Below are positions 1 to 7,791 of a DNA stretch of 32,000 nucleotides, piece after piece. The notes beneath the pieces are model-generated. The model had not been told where the DNA came from. It was given only the letters and a program-made list of their open reading frames with translations, and ran no database searches. Source of the stretch: Salmonella phage vB_Sen_SG_WM_RUS_R2; sequence record PQ002169.1, one strand, 5' to 3'. How positions within the stretch are numbered: the stretch's first letter is position 1; every line of letters begins with the position of its first letter. The position numbers and the translations under genes were made by a program.

Positions 1-1
1 A

Positions 2-58
2 CATGATGATGTTTCCGAAGTTCTACAGACAGCTAATTACGTATGGCGTCTCCCATGA
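2..58 (+). CDS. C-terminal end of an upstream small protein (partial, open at window start)
   Basis: Frame 2 is open from base 2: HDDVSEVLQTANYVWRLP*. Its stop overlaps ATG at 55 (ATGA). Confidence 0.5.
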   Translation, partial: HDDVSEVLQTANYVWRLP

Positions 59-201
59 TTGATTTAGTACCAATTACTGCGGGGCTAATAGCACTATTAG
101 TGCTCGCAGTTTTCATTATTGTGGAGCAGGCCAAAGTAATAAGGAGACTTAAAAACAATGATAAAACGTCTTGTTTATCAGGCACCAAAGATTGTAACTG
201 A
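55..201 (+). CDS. Small putative membrane protein (48 aa)
   Basis: MIDLVPITAGLIALLVLAVFIIVEQAKVIRRLKNNDKTSCLSGTKDCN*. ATGA overlap with the preceding ORF; one hydrophobic helix. Confidence 0.55.
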   Translation: MIDLVPITAGLIALLVLAVFIIVEQAKVIRRLKNNDKTSCLSGTKDCN

Positions 202-358
202 GTATTTTGTATTACTGCCTCAGATTGTATTTCTAACAGCATTATTTAATATACTTTTTCGACATCTAGGAATAACGGAAAATATATTCTATACTTCTTG
301 GTTACTTCCTTTTATGTATGAAGGCATCATTATGGCGATTAACGGGGTTCGTAAATGA
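158..358 (+). CDS. Small hydrophobic membrane protein (66 aa)
   Basis: ORF track; two hydrophobic segments; overlaps the next ORF start by ATGA. Confidence 0.6.
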   Translation: MIKRLVYQAPKIVTEYFVLLPQIVFLTALFNILFRHLGITENIFYTSWLLPFMYEGIIMAINGVRK

Positions 359-816
359 CAGCACTACAACAACTACAGAATTACTGGTTTGATAACCAAT
401 TTAACGATCTCTTCATCCAGTTATTTGTCGAAACGAACGGACGCTTCAACTACCGATTCTTTAATAAGTTTCATGAAACAAAGTTCTCGCATACAGAAAT
501 TAATGCAGCGATCCAAGACCTAACTGGTTCTAAAGTAATTCAATATCGCGAAGTAGACTTTACACCAGATTGTTTTGGATTTGAATTGTTTAAGAAAGCA
601 TATAAATTTGGTAAGTTTGAAGATGCTCGTCAATGGGTTCACGATTTTTGGTATAACACCGATATTGTTCCTAGTCGCGTGCTGATTCTTAACTGGATTG
701 CTAAGCAACATCCGCCTAAAGCTCAATCATCCTTCTTACCGACTGACACAGGAAACCTCTACCATGACAGAAAAGAAAAATCCATTATTGGAGCAGATGA
801 AGGAGTGGGAGAGTAA
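355..816 (+). CDS. Hypothetical phage protein (153 aa)
   Basis: ORF with ATGA coupling to the upstream gene; colinear with the small-gene cluster. Confidence 0.7.
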   Translation: MTALQQLQNYWFDNQFNDLFIQLFVETNGRFNYRFFNKFHETKFSHTEINAAIQDLTGSKVIQYREVDFTPDCFGFELFKKAYKFGKFEDARQWVHDFWYNTDIVPSRVLILNWIAKQHPPKAQSSFLPTDTGNLYHDRKEKSIIGADEGVGE

Positions 817-1135
817 TATTGAAACTGGTCTAATAGACGGTGAAGATATTGTCAACTCCATGCTAGAAGTAACAGTAGATAATATTAATCCTATTTTGGC
901 GGGAGAAACCTCAGATCTTATAGGACTCTCTAGCACATTTGATTCTTTGGCTAAATTAGCTTTAGACGATGAAGAGATAACCAAAGAAGATCTCGCTACA
1001 GCTATGAATATGGCTATTAATGCTTACATCAGTAAACGTACTGATGAACTTGGTAAACAGATCAATAAGCGTGATACTACGCTAGGTCTTATGGAAACGG
1101 CCACTATGTTAAGAAGTGGTAAACAACTTCATTAA
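764..1135 (+). CDS. Hypothetical acidic protein (123 aa; starts MTEKKNPLLEQ)
   Basis: Track ORF 698..1135; the more likely ATG is at 764; followed by a strong terminator. Confidence 0.65.
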   Translation: MTEKKNPLLEQMKEWESNIETGLIDGEDIVNSMLEVTVDNINPILAGETSDLIGLSSTFDSLAKLALDDEEITKEDLATAMNMAINAYISKRTDELGKQINKRDTTLGLMETATMLRSGKQLH

Positions 1136-1141
1136 TTCTAG

Positions 1142-1170
1142 AGGCCAGGACTTAATTGTTCTGGCCTTTT
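1142..1170 (+). terminator. Rho-independent terminator
   Basis: AGGCCAG(gacttaattgtt)CTGGCCTTTT directly after the 1135 stop. Confidence 0.8.
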
Positions 1171-1189
1171 GTGTTTCAAGGAACTTTAA

Positions 1190-1393
1190 ATGCAAGTATA
1201 TGTCCTTACTAGAGATATAAATGAATATAATCAGGATGGTGAGTATTTTGTAAAAGTATTCGCTGAAAAGCCAAGTAAACAACAATTATTAGATGTTGGA
1301 GTACCAGAAGACCAGGCTAAGTGTATACTACAAGATAAAGAGTTTACTGGAGATGCTTACGAATGTTTCCATCTTAGTTGTGAGAGTATCTAA
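1190..1393 (+). CDS. Hypothetical protein (67 aa)
   Basis: ORF track: MQVYVLTRDINEYNQDGEYFVKVFAEK... between a terminator and the next ATG. Confidence 0.65.
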   Translation: MQVYVLTRDINEYNQDGEYFVKVFAEKPSKQQLLDVGVPEDQAKCILQDKEFTGDAYECFHLSCESI

Positions 1394-1394
1394 T

Positions 1395-1841
1395 ATGAGA
1401 GAGAAAGTAAATGAACTATTAATCGAGGAAGCTAACAACTTTCCAATAAATAGGTTCATCAAATCGGATGGATCTATTAATAGAACTAAGATTAAACAGC
1501 TACATCCCGATTTTCAGCAAGAAGCACTAAACCTTATATTTATCAAGAAAGCCATTGCAGCTCACGGGGCTTTCTTTGGGTATGAGCGTGTAAATTATAA
1601 AACAATGCAACAGCAAGTCGAGATCTATTGTCCAGACCATAAGGGTTATTACTGGCAAACTGCTAGATCTCATTTAGAAGGGCACGGTTGTCGACTGTGT
1701 GCACACAAGGTTGTGCAGCGTGTCACGGATTATGGAACTTATACCGTACCAGCATGTTACCATAAATTTGTAATTGACGATAATCATATAGTTTGGTATA
1801 ATAAGTTTTCAAAGCTAAGAATGGAGATAAGTAGTGAGTAG
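1395..1841 (+). CDS. Zinc-ribbon protein resembling the DNA-binding module of phage homing endonucleases (148 aa)
   Basis: True ATG probably at 1395 (MREKVNELL...). Contains YCPDHKGYYWQTARSHLEGHGCRLC, the C-x-xH/GH..W......L..G.GC..C pattern also seen in ORF 19721..20395. Confidence 0.6.
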   Translation: MREKVNELLIEEANNFPINRFIKSDGSINRTKIKQLHPDFQQEALNLIFIKKAIAAHGAFFGYERVNYKTMQQQVEIYCPDHKGYYWQTARSHLEGHGCRLCAHKVVQRVTDYGTYTVPACYHKFVIDDNHIVWYNKFSKLRMEISSE

Positions 1842-2124
1842 CTATATTGTATGGTCAAACCCACTAGCAGCACTTAGTAACAGACTGTTTAAAACAGAGT
1901 GGGGTAAAAATGAAATAGACTTAGGTAGTCGTCCAATACCAAACAAACACCCCTTAGTTCCAGAGCTGTATATGGTAGTGATAAATGGCGCGGAGTATTT
2001 GGTTGATAAATTTGACAGAAAACGTTTACTAGAGGGTATCTACGATAATTCTACATCAATAAATGAATTAGTAGAACATGCCCAAATATATGATAAAAGC
2101 TGGATGTTAATATGGAGATCATAG
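1834..2124 (+). CDS. Hypothetical protein (96 aa)
   Basis: ORF track; overlaps both neighbours slightly. Confidence 0.65.
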   Translation: MSSYIVWSNPLAALSNRLFKTEWGKNEIDLGSRPIPNKHPLVPELYMVVINGAEYLVDKFDRKRLLEGIYDNSTSINELVEHAQIYDKSWMLIWRS

Positions 2125-2345
2125 TAATTATTTTAGCAGTTATGTTATTTATTGTAACATTTGTATCATTTGCTATTATGCGCAGAGCTAGAGAACTAGC
2201 GGAAGATCTAATAAAATTACGTGGTGAGTTAGCCGCTCTTAAATTACAGCGTGAGGCCTTAAAGTTGTTTGTGGTTCAGGGTAGCGTAGAACATACAGCA
2301 GAAGACTTCATCGCTTATCTCAAACGTTACATGGGAATTAAATAA
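2112..2345 (+). CDS. Membrane-anchored coiled-coil protein (77 aa)
   Basis: N-terminal TM segment MEIIVIILAVMLFIVTFVSFAIM followed by a heptad-like charged region. Confidence 0.65.
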   Translation: MEIIVIILAVMLFIVTFVSFAIMRRARELAEDLIKLRGELAALKLQREALKLFVVQGSVEHTAEDFIAYLKRYMGIK

Positions 2346-2530
2346 TGGAAACACTTTTTCTTTTAATGCTCGTAGGTTCCTTGCTAGTTATATTAGCACT
2401 TCTACTGATCTGCAATATTCTTAATAATAAGAATCTAGAGCTAAAGTGTGAAAACCAAATCCTTAATCGTGAACTTGAGCAATATAACCTAGCAGCCCAT
2501 AAACTGTTAGACAAACTGGAGAATAAATAA
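2345..2530 (+). CDS. Membrane-anchored coiled-coil protein (61 aa)
   Basis: N-terminal METLFLLMLVGSLLVILALLLICNI; TAATG-type overlap with both neighbours. Confidence 0.65.
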   Translation: METLFLLMLVGSLLVILALLLICNILNNKNLELKCENQILNRELEQYNLAAHKLLDKLENK

Positions 2531-3141
2531 TGTTTACACAACAACCTATTCAAGTAGTACCAGACCATGAACTGAACACATGGGATTATAGCTTTAAAGA
2601 TTTAACTGCTACTGTACAATTCAAATCTATGAAGCTAACATTTGCACACACTGACCTTAGAGCATGTAAAGATCTTGAAGGTAAGCTCGAGGACGCTCGT
2701 AAGATTTTTGGTACGGCTCGCATCCCGGCGGATAACCTGATTAATGCACTAATCGATGCAGGGTACAAACTTGTGAAGACTGAGGTGAACCGCCCTAGTA
2801 CTCCAGTGACTATTAGAGATCCGTGGCAGTCAGGGACAATCTCAATGCTGAATAACTCCGATAAAAGATTAATATCGGATATGCACAATGTTCCTTGTGG
2901 GGGTGTGGTAAGTAGTACGAAGTCATATAAGTTTGGTGAAGATTACGGCCCTTCTGTACAGCTGCAACATACCCAAGAAGCTTTTGAATCTGATATGCGA
3001 AGCGTAGCACCTGCGGATGCTGGAGTTTCTAGGAATTCTGTTTATACTATTCATTTTAGTAATCCTGATAAACATGGAAGTCTAGAAGATGCAATTATGG
3101 AAGCATTGGGGGCTGTTATTAATGAGAGTAAAAAGGATTAA
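2530..3141 (+). CDS. Hypothetical protein (203 aa)
   Basis: Long ORF coupled to the previous gene by a one-base stop/start overlap. Confidence 0.8.
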   Translation: MFTQQPIQVVPDHELNTWDYSFKDLTATVQFKSMKLTFAHTDLRACKDLEGKLEDARKIFGTARIPADNLINALIDAGYKLVKTEVNRPSTPVTIRDPWQSGTISMLNNSDKRLISDMHNVPCGGVVSSTKSYKFGEDYGPSVQLQHTQEAFESDMRSVAPADAGVSRNSVYTIHFSNPDKHGSLEDAIMEALGAVINESKKD

Positions 3142-3156
3142 TAATTCCTAATATAT

Positions 3157-3203
3157 GAGCCTCTACGGAGGCTCTAAAATAAAAAGAAGGTCATCCAGAC
3201 CTT
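3157..3203 (+). promoter_or_regulatory. Tandem intergenic hairpins (terminator or regulatory)
   Basis: GAGCCTC-tacg-GAGGCTC then AAGGTC-atcca-GACCTT followed by AAAAA. Confidence 0.45.
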
Positions 3204-3220
3204 AAAAACGGGAGATAATA

Positions 3221-4105
3221 ATGTATAACTTTAAAGATAAACTAAGACAAAATGCTGGTAAAACAAAACCTAAAGAGAACAATAGTGTTCCTAATGCCAA
3301 AGTATTGCCATTTCCAGAACTATCCCAAGAAGAAAAAGATAAACTAGCATTTATGTTCGATGCACTTATAGGATTAAATGGACGACTGTACTCCACTCTT
3401 GGTATTAATGAGAAACGTCTAGTAGAGATGTTTTGTAAACGTTACCAAGTTACTTCAAAAGGCAATTCCTATAAAGAAGGTGAGAAAGCATTTACAGTCT
3501 TAAAAATCAGTGCATACGCACATCGTTTCTTAGTTTATGGATTACAGATGGAATACTTTACTATCCCATCATTTAGCTCTTTCCATATCTTTGAAGATGA
3601 ACGAATGAATATTGATGATCTCTATGGGGATACATACAAATACTCAGGAAGTCCATTCCACGATGCATTAAGGAGCTACCCTACTAGTTACTTACCAGTT
3701 AGGGCATCTCAAGGTAAAGCTAGCGTTTTTGCTGTGTATTCAGGGTCTAAAGCATCTGATCTAGAAACTTATATATTTAAAGAGCGTAAATCTGTGCTTC
3801 CAGATGAAGCATTGTATAACAATCCATTGCTACCAGAAAAAGAACCAGAAAAAATTGATGTAACCCCACCAATACCGTCTGATTCTCAATATTTAATTTA
3901 TGAGAAACAAGTTAAGTTATCTCTAGAAATTGGGTTAGTTACACCGCTTGCTGCAGCATTCATAAATAGATATCTAGAAATTCCTGACGAGTTCCACCAA
4001 CGTTATAATACGAATATTCAGATAACGGATGAACTAATTGCGTTAGCAAAAGATACACCTACAGATACTGAGGCGTATCAGAAAGCATACCAAGAATTAT
4101 TATAG
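3221..4105 (+). CDS. Hypothetical protein (294 aa)
   Basis: Long ORF, good SD (gggagata), no recognised motifs. Confidence 0.85.
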   Translation: MYNFKDKLRQNAGKTKPKENNSVPNAKVLPFPELSQEEKDKLAFMFDALIGLNGRLYSTLGINEKRLVEMFCKRYQVTSKGNSYKEGEKAFTVLKISAYAHRFLVYGLQMEYFTIPSFSSFHIFEDERMNIDDLYGDTYKYSGSPFHDALRSYPTSYLPVRASQGKASVFAVYSGSKASDLETYIFKERKSVLPDEALYNNPLLPEKEPEKIDVTPPIPSDSQYLIYEKQVKLSLEIGLVTPLAAAFINRYLEIPDEFHQRYNTNIQITDELIALAKDTPTDTEAYQKAYQELL

Positions 4106-4114
4106 TACTCTGCA

Positions 4115-4145
4115 AGTCTCGGTGCACAATACCTGTACCGAGACT
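4115..4145. repeat. Inverted repeat / hairpin downstream of the 294-aa gene
   Basis: AGTCTCGGT-(13 nt)-ACCGAGACT, 9 bp perfect; no T-run. Confidence 0.6.
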
Positions 4146-4219
4146 CAAATACAAACTCTCGTTGACAGATAACTAAATGTATGTTATCATAACTCTATGA
4201 GTTAATAAAATTAACCATT

Positions 4220-4355
4220 TAGAGTTGCCACACAGAAGGTGTGGTGGTTCAGGAATCTTAAATTACTGACTTGTAGCGTAGGTTACGGAGCGACAGGACA
4301 AGTCAACAGGTAATTTAATAAAGATTACTAGAAACATCACGAGACCTTCTGGCGG
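4220..4355 (+). ncRNA. Candidate structured RNA element
   Basis: Stacked small stems (CCACAC/GTGTGG; GACTTGT/ACAAGTC with inner CGTA/TACG), plus 8-nt complementarity between the hairpin loop CAGAAGGT (4233-4240) and ACCTTCTG (4344-4351). Confidence 0.25.
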
Positions 4356-4521
4356 GGGCAAAGCTCTATATGAGAACCCTGGGGATCTTATACTTATATA
4401 AAAACTAATACTGTTGAATAGATAAATTAACGTTCAAGATGATACACCGGTTGCCGCTCATCTGCTAGGACGGCACAACACTTTCTAGTAGACTCCTAAG
4501 TTTCTAGGAAAACTCACGCAT

Positions 4522-5100
4522 TCTAGGGCAGTTTCTCTCCAACGTTACATATCCTAGGGCGGTTTCCTATACAGGGCGGTTATTTCTAGAAGACATTTTT
4601 CCAAAACACATTTCTGGAAATTGCTATCGGATTTGCACACTGACAGGAGTTTAAAAACTGGTCGGATTTGCACAAACGCCTAAGTTTTTAGGAACTCTTA
4701 CTCCCCTGAAAATAGCAGCATTATTTCGGGCCGAAGGCCCATGATTGCCTGAGTTTTTAGGTCCACGAAAATTTTCACTTGTCAAGCTATTTTGCCCCAT
4801 TTTGCTAATAAAATTTTACTTTTTCTGCACCTATCTCAAATCTTCCCAAATTATCTCAACTCTTCCCCAAAATCCCCGCAAATCAGGTGCTCCGCACCAA
4901 TCCTGCGCCCACATCCTTCTAGCCTCTAAATTTCTCTCGCTCTCTCAACTTATCCCCAAACTCACACAATCACACACCCTCTCATCGAAGTCACAAAAAT
5001 TTCATTGGATTCGCACATCTTAATCCTAGAAAAACCGTGTCGGATTTGCACATATCCCACAGGATTCGAATAGGGCGGTTATAGGGAGGGCGGTTATTTT
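4522..5100. repeat. Short dispersed repeat family ctaGGGCGGTTa/t (5 copies)
   Basis: ctagGGCAGTTTct about 4523, ctaGGGCGGTTTcct about 4555, acaGGGCGGTTAttt about 4573, ataGGGCGGTTAtag about 5075, ggaGGGCGGTTAttt about 5089. Confidence 0.6.
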
Positions 5101-5741
5101 CAAATATAAAAATTTCACTTGCACACTTTCGAAAATTTTGTTATAATATTACTTCATAGGAGGAATTTTATTATGTCAAGATATATACCTATCGAATATG
5201 CACAAATGAAAGACTTATTTTTTATTGACCCATCAAGTCCCAGTGGGCTGAGTAGATTACCTAAAAGAAAACATACAGGCACTTTAAGGGACGACGGAAA
5301 AGGTAGGAAGTCTTATGTGGTCTTTGTATCTGGGGTGGGAACCCTAGCAGTTTCTCGGATTGTTTTCTGCCTGCATAACGGCAGTATTGATCCCGAGTTG
5401 CAGGTAGATCATATAGATCAGGATCCCACTAATAATTCTCCTGAGAATCTAAGACAAATACCAGACTATAAAAATGCTAGAAATCGCAAAAATACCAACA
5501 GTAAAACAACCAATCTTCCAAAATATATTCGTGTTGCTAGAACTACCTCAAAGGGTGATTATTACCGGGCTTACGTTCCTACTAGTAATGGTACTCAGTC
5601 TAAGTGTTCATATGATCTAGAATTTCTAGTAAAATGGAGGGATGAAATTTTAGGGTCGGATTTGCACACTACCAAAAATGGGTCGGATTTGCACATACAC
5701 GCCCACGCGTAATCCATGGGGGCAAATGTCGGATTTGCACA
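4627..5741. repeat. Iteron-like direct repeats TCGGATTTGCACA (7 copies)
   Basis: 4627-4639, 4662-4674, 5005-5017 (TTGGATTCGCACA), 5040-5052, 5656-5668, 5683-5695, 5729-5741; all the same orientation. Confidence 0.85.
5173..5712 (+). CDS. HNH homing-type endonuclease (179 aa)
   Basis: MSRYIPIEYAQ...; ...LQVDHIDQDPTNNSPENLRQIP... is the HNH_3-type core; SD aggag upstream. Confidence 0.8.
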   Translation: MSRYIPIEYAQMKDLFFIDPSSPSGLSRLPKRKHTGTLRDDGKGRKSYVVFVSGVGTLAVSRIVFCLHNGSIDPELQVDHIDQDPTNNSPENLRQIPDYKNARNRKNTNSKTTNLPKYIRVARTTSKGDYYRAYVPTSNGTQSKCSYDLEFLVKWRDEILGSDLHTTKNGSDLHIHAHA

Positions 5742-5769
5742 AAAGCGCAGGGCAATTGCCCTGCTCGCC

Positions 5770-5925
5770 TGAATGCGAATGATAATGAGATTGATTCGCA
5801 TTTGAGAAGTTGAATGCGAATGATAATGATTCGCGTTTAGAAAGGGGAATGAGAACGGTTATCATTTACAGAGTTGAATACGAATGAGTCACATACTGAG
5901 AATGATTCGCATTTAGAAAGGGAAG
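5770..5925. repeat. Degenerate tandem/palindromic GCGAATgataATGATTCGC repeats
   Basis: gcgaatgataatgagattgattcgcattt; gcgaatgataatgattcgcgtttagaaagggg; gaatgattcgcatttagaaaggga. Confidence 0.6.
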
Positions 5926-5946
5926 TGAGAAACACTGTTATTTAAG

Positions 5947-5955
5947 TTATCCACA
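5947..5955 (+). promoter_or_regulatory. DnaA box TTATCCACA
   Basis: Exact consensus match. Confidence 0.75.
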
Positions 5956-6019
5956 GGTTTATTAACAGCACGATTTGACTTGACAAAACCCTAGCGATTT
6001 TGAGGCGTTTTCAACAGAC

Positions 6020-6028
6020 TTATCCACA
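6020..6028 (+). promoter_or_regulatory. DnaA box TTATCCACA
   Basis: Exact consensus match. Confidence 0.75.
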
Positions 6029-6036
6029 GGTTATCC

Positions 6037-6056
6037 TACTGTATATTTATACAGTA
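6037..6056. promoter_or_regulatory. LexA/SOS-box-like palindrome
   Basis: TACTGTATATTTATACAGTA, 19/20 to the E. coli consensus TACTGTATATATATACAGTA. Confidence 0.6.
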
Positions 6057-6165
6057 TTCCTACGTAGTGAATAACTCTAATATAGGTCTAAAACGCTCTC
6101 AAACGCATTCTAAGCGTTTTAATTTTGGAGGAGGTACTTTAATAAGGGGAAATTTGAGGAAGGCC

Positions 6166-6197
6166 AGAAAAAGCGGGGCCGATAGTTGCGCCCCGTT
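6166..6197 (-). terminator. Rho-independent terminator for leftward transcription
   Basis: Minus strand: ACGGGGC(gcaactatcg)GCCCCGCTTTTT. Confidence 0.7.
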
Positions 6198-6201
6198 ATT
6201 A

Positions 6202-6441
6202 TTAGTCTGTTATGTATTCTTTCTCGTAGTCGTCAAAGATCTGGACGGTTTCGGCTGGCGTATACCCGTATGAATCAAAATGCGTACACGTTGAAACTGA
6301 GTTGATCCACGCTCCTAGCGTTGCTGTATCAGCTCCGCTTTTCTGCATTTCTAAAAATTGCGCGTATTGCCCATCAGTTAAATGATGTTGCATAATATCG
6401 GTTTCTTTACGTTCTACATATCGTAAAATTCTTACAGCCAT
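6202..6441 (-). CDS. Hypothetical protein (79 aa)
   Basis: ORF track; SD aggag upstream; terminator directly downstream. Confidence 0.6.
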   Translation of the reverse strand: MAVRILRYVERKETDIMQHHLTDGQYAQFLEMQKSGADTATLGAWINSVSTCTHFDSYGYTPAETVQIFDDYEKEYITD

Positions 6442-6458
6442 GCCATTGCTCCTAGAAT

Positions 6459-6477
6459 GAGAATGATTATCAATATC
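6459..6477. promoter_or_regulatory. Fur-box-like sequence upstream of the 79-aa gene
   Basis: GAGAATGATTATCAATATC, 16/19 to GATAATGATAATCATTATC. Confidence 0.3.
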
Positions 6478-6568
6478 ATTGTGAAGCCATTACCAAATCG
6501 TAAACGCTGGGAATGCTTCCCAGCGGTATTATTAGATTTATGGCTTTGTGTTTTTCGCCACCAGCTAT

Positions 6569-6913
6569 TCATTGTGCAATTTTTCGAAATGCTGTTTCAA
6601 TACTTTCAGCAGTGGATTGAATATATGCGCCTTTCATAATCAGGCGCTCCGTACATACTTTGCGGAAAATGTCAGTAAATTCATTTTCATTTTCTGCTAT
6701 TAACGCTTCCCCCATAACCTGAACGTCACAAGACCCAAAAGTTAAAAATTGAAACGCTAGTTCACGGGTGACAACGGCAGAAATTTTATAATGTGCTTTG
6801 CCTTCATAGATATTAACCACGCCTTTATAAACTGGTGAAAGCTGGTTTAAATAGTTTGCTAATAATGCCGGACGGCAATTAGTAACAAAACGATTGCCCT
6901 CATAAATTACCAT
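6569..6913 (-). CDS. Hypothetical protein (114 aa)
   Basis: ORF track; colinear with the leftward block. Confidence 0.65.
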   Translation of the reverse strand: MVIYEGNRFVTNCRPALLANYLNQLSPVYKGVVNIYEGKAHYKISAVVTRELAFQFLTFGSCDVQVMGEALIAENENEFTDIFRKVCTERLIMKGAYIQSTAESIETAFRKIAQ

Positions 6914-7110
6914 TATTTAGACTCCCTTTTCAAAATCATTTTCACGCCGTTACCATATGCTACTAATTCGATAGCCCCCCCCCAAAATCCGCATGGCGTA
7001 AACGCTTGTTAAATTCTTGTAAAGCAGAATCTAGTCCCATAGCTTCGCCTTTAAAACAACCAGCAAGCGGAGTCCCATTAATACGGATTTTAAAATGACA
7101 AGTAACCATA

Positions 7111-7323
7111 TTATAACACCCCACGAAACGCAGCGTAAAAGGTGGCAAAGTGTTTAACCGTTTCGGCTACCAAATTGCCGCGCTTGTCAAATTTCTTTTC
7201 TGTAACACGGAAAGCGTTTTTGTTGCGTGCTACATATTCGATTTTACAATCTGGACGCTCGAACGTGTTAACATCCACCAGCTTAAAACCTTTGGAACGG
7301 GCAAGGGAAACATTCTTTAACAT
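7111..7323 (-). CDS. Hypothetical protein (70 aa)
   Basis: ORF track; lies 3 nt from the upstream 49-aa ORF stop. Confidence 0.6.
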   Translation of the reverse strand: MLKNVSLARSKGFKLVDVNTFERPDCKIEYVARNKNAFRVTEKKFDKRGNLVAETVKHFATFYAAFRGVL

Positions 7324-7325
7324 TT

Positions 7326-7475
7326 TTATTCCCCTTTACCAGTCATACAGCCTAACAAGTAAGAAAACCCCGCGATACCTGCTCCAATAATAACCACGTG
7401 AACTCCGAAAGCTATTGCAAACAGTGATAAAATAGCGCCCAAGATACTAGCCAGAATAGATCGAAAAATAACCAT
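7326..7475 (-). CDS. Small hydrophobic protein (49 aa), absent from the supplied ORF track
   Basis: MVIFRSILASILGAILSLFAIAFGVHVVIIGAGIAGFSYLLGCMTGKGE*; SD ctaggagg 5 nt upstream. Confidence 0.6.
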   Translation of the reverse strand: MVIFRSILASILGAILSLFAIAFGVHVVIIGAGIAGFSYLLGCMTGKGE

Positions 7476-7541
7476 TTTAACGCCTCCTAGAAATCAGGGA
7501 AAATTTTCAATCCACCGTTTCGGTGTAAAGGCATTATAACA

Positions 7542-7570
7542 AAAAAGGCCGCCATAATAGGCGACCTTTA
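7542..7570 (-). terminator. Rho-independent terminator (leftward)
   Basis: Minus strand: GGTCGCC(tattat)GGCGGCCTTTTTTTG. Confidence 0.65.
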
Positions 7571-7791
7571 CAAAACTTTACCTTAGGTTAACTATTACTC
7601 GTTTTCTCTTTCTAGTTACTTGGGGCATATTGGTCAACCGCTGCGCGGTATAGTAAAGAGCAAAACACGGCGAAGCCACCAGGGCGACGCGTTGAGGCTT
7701 TACTTTAATATTACCCCACCACGTTTAGCTCGTTAGAAAGCGATTTTGGCCGCCTAAAATTGATTGCAGTTGTTAACACTACCTTTTTACC

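Larger units (their letters stand above)
5924..6054. repeat. Left arm of a ~130 bp imperfect inverted repeat (perfect core 6014-6054)
   Basis: Reverse complement aligns with 7792-7925; 41-nt perfect core ACAGACTTATCCACAGGTTATCCTACTGTATATTTATACAG. Confidence 0.9.

Noticed and set aside
4201-4260. tRNA-like ggttcaggaatc sequence
   Set aside because: No acceptor, D-arm or anticodon arm pairing could be built, so not a tRNA.
4745-5023. 92-aa plus-strand ORF (MPEFLGPRKFSLVKL...)
   Set aside because: No convincing SD, low-complexity Leu/Ser/Lys/Pro composition, overlaps iteron repeats and looks like non-coding LTR DNA.
5656-5741. CRISPR array interpretation of the TCGGATTTGCACA repeats
   Set aside because: Repeats are only 13 nt, irregularly spaced over 1.1 kb and interrupted by a gene; no cas genes.
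5595-5865. Minus-strand ORFs 5595..5801 and 5650..5865
   Set aside because: Antisense to the HNH gene end; their peptide repeats (CKSDP, VQIRP) are only translations of the DNA repeats.
6055-7791. Transposon interpretation of the inverted-repeat-flanked block
   Set aside because: No transposase, no target-site duplication seen, and the arms contain DnaA/LexA motifs rather than typical IS ends.
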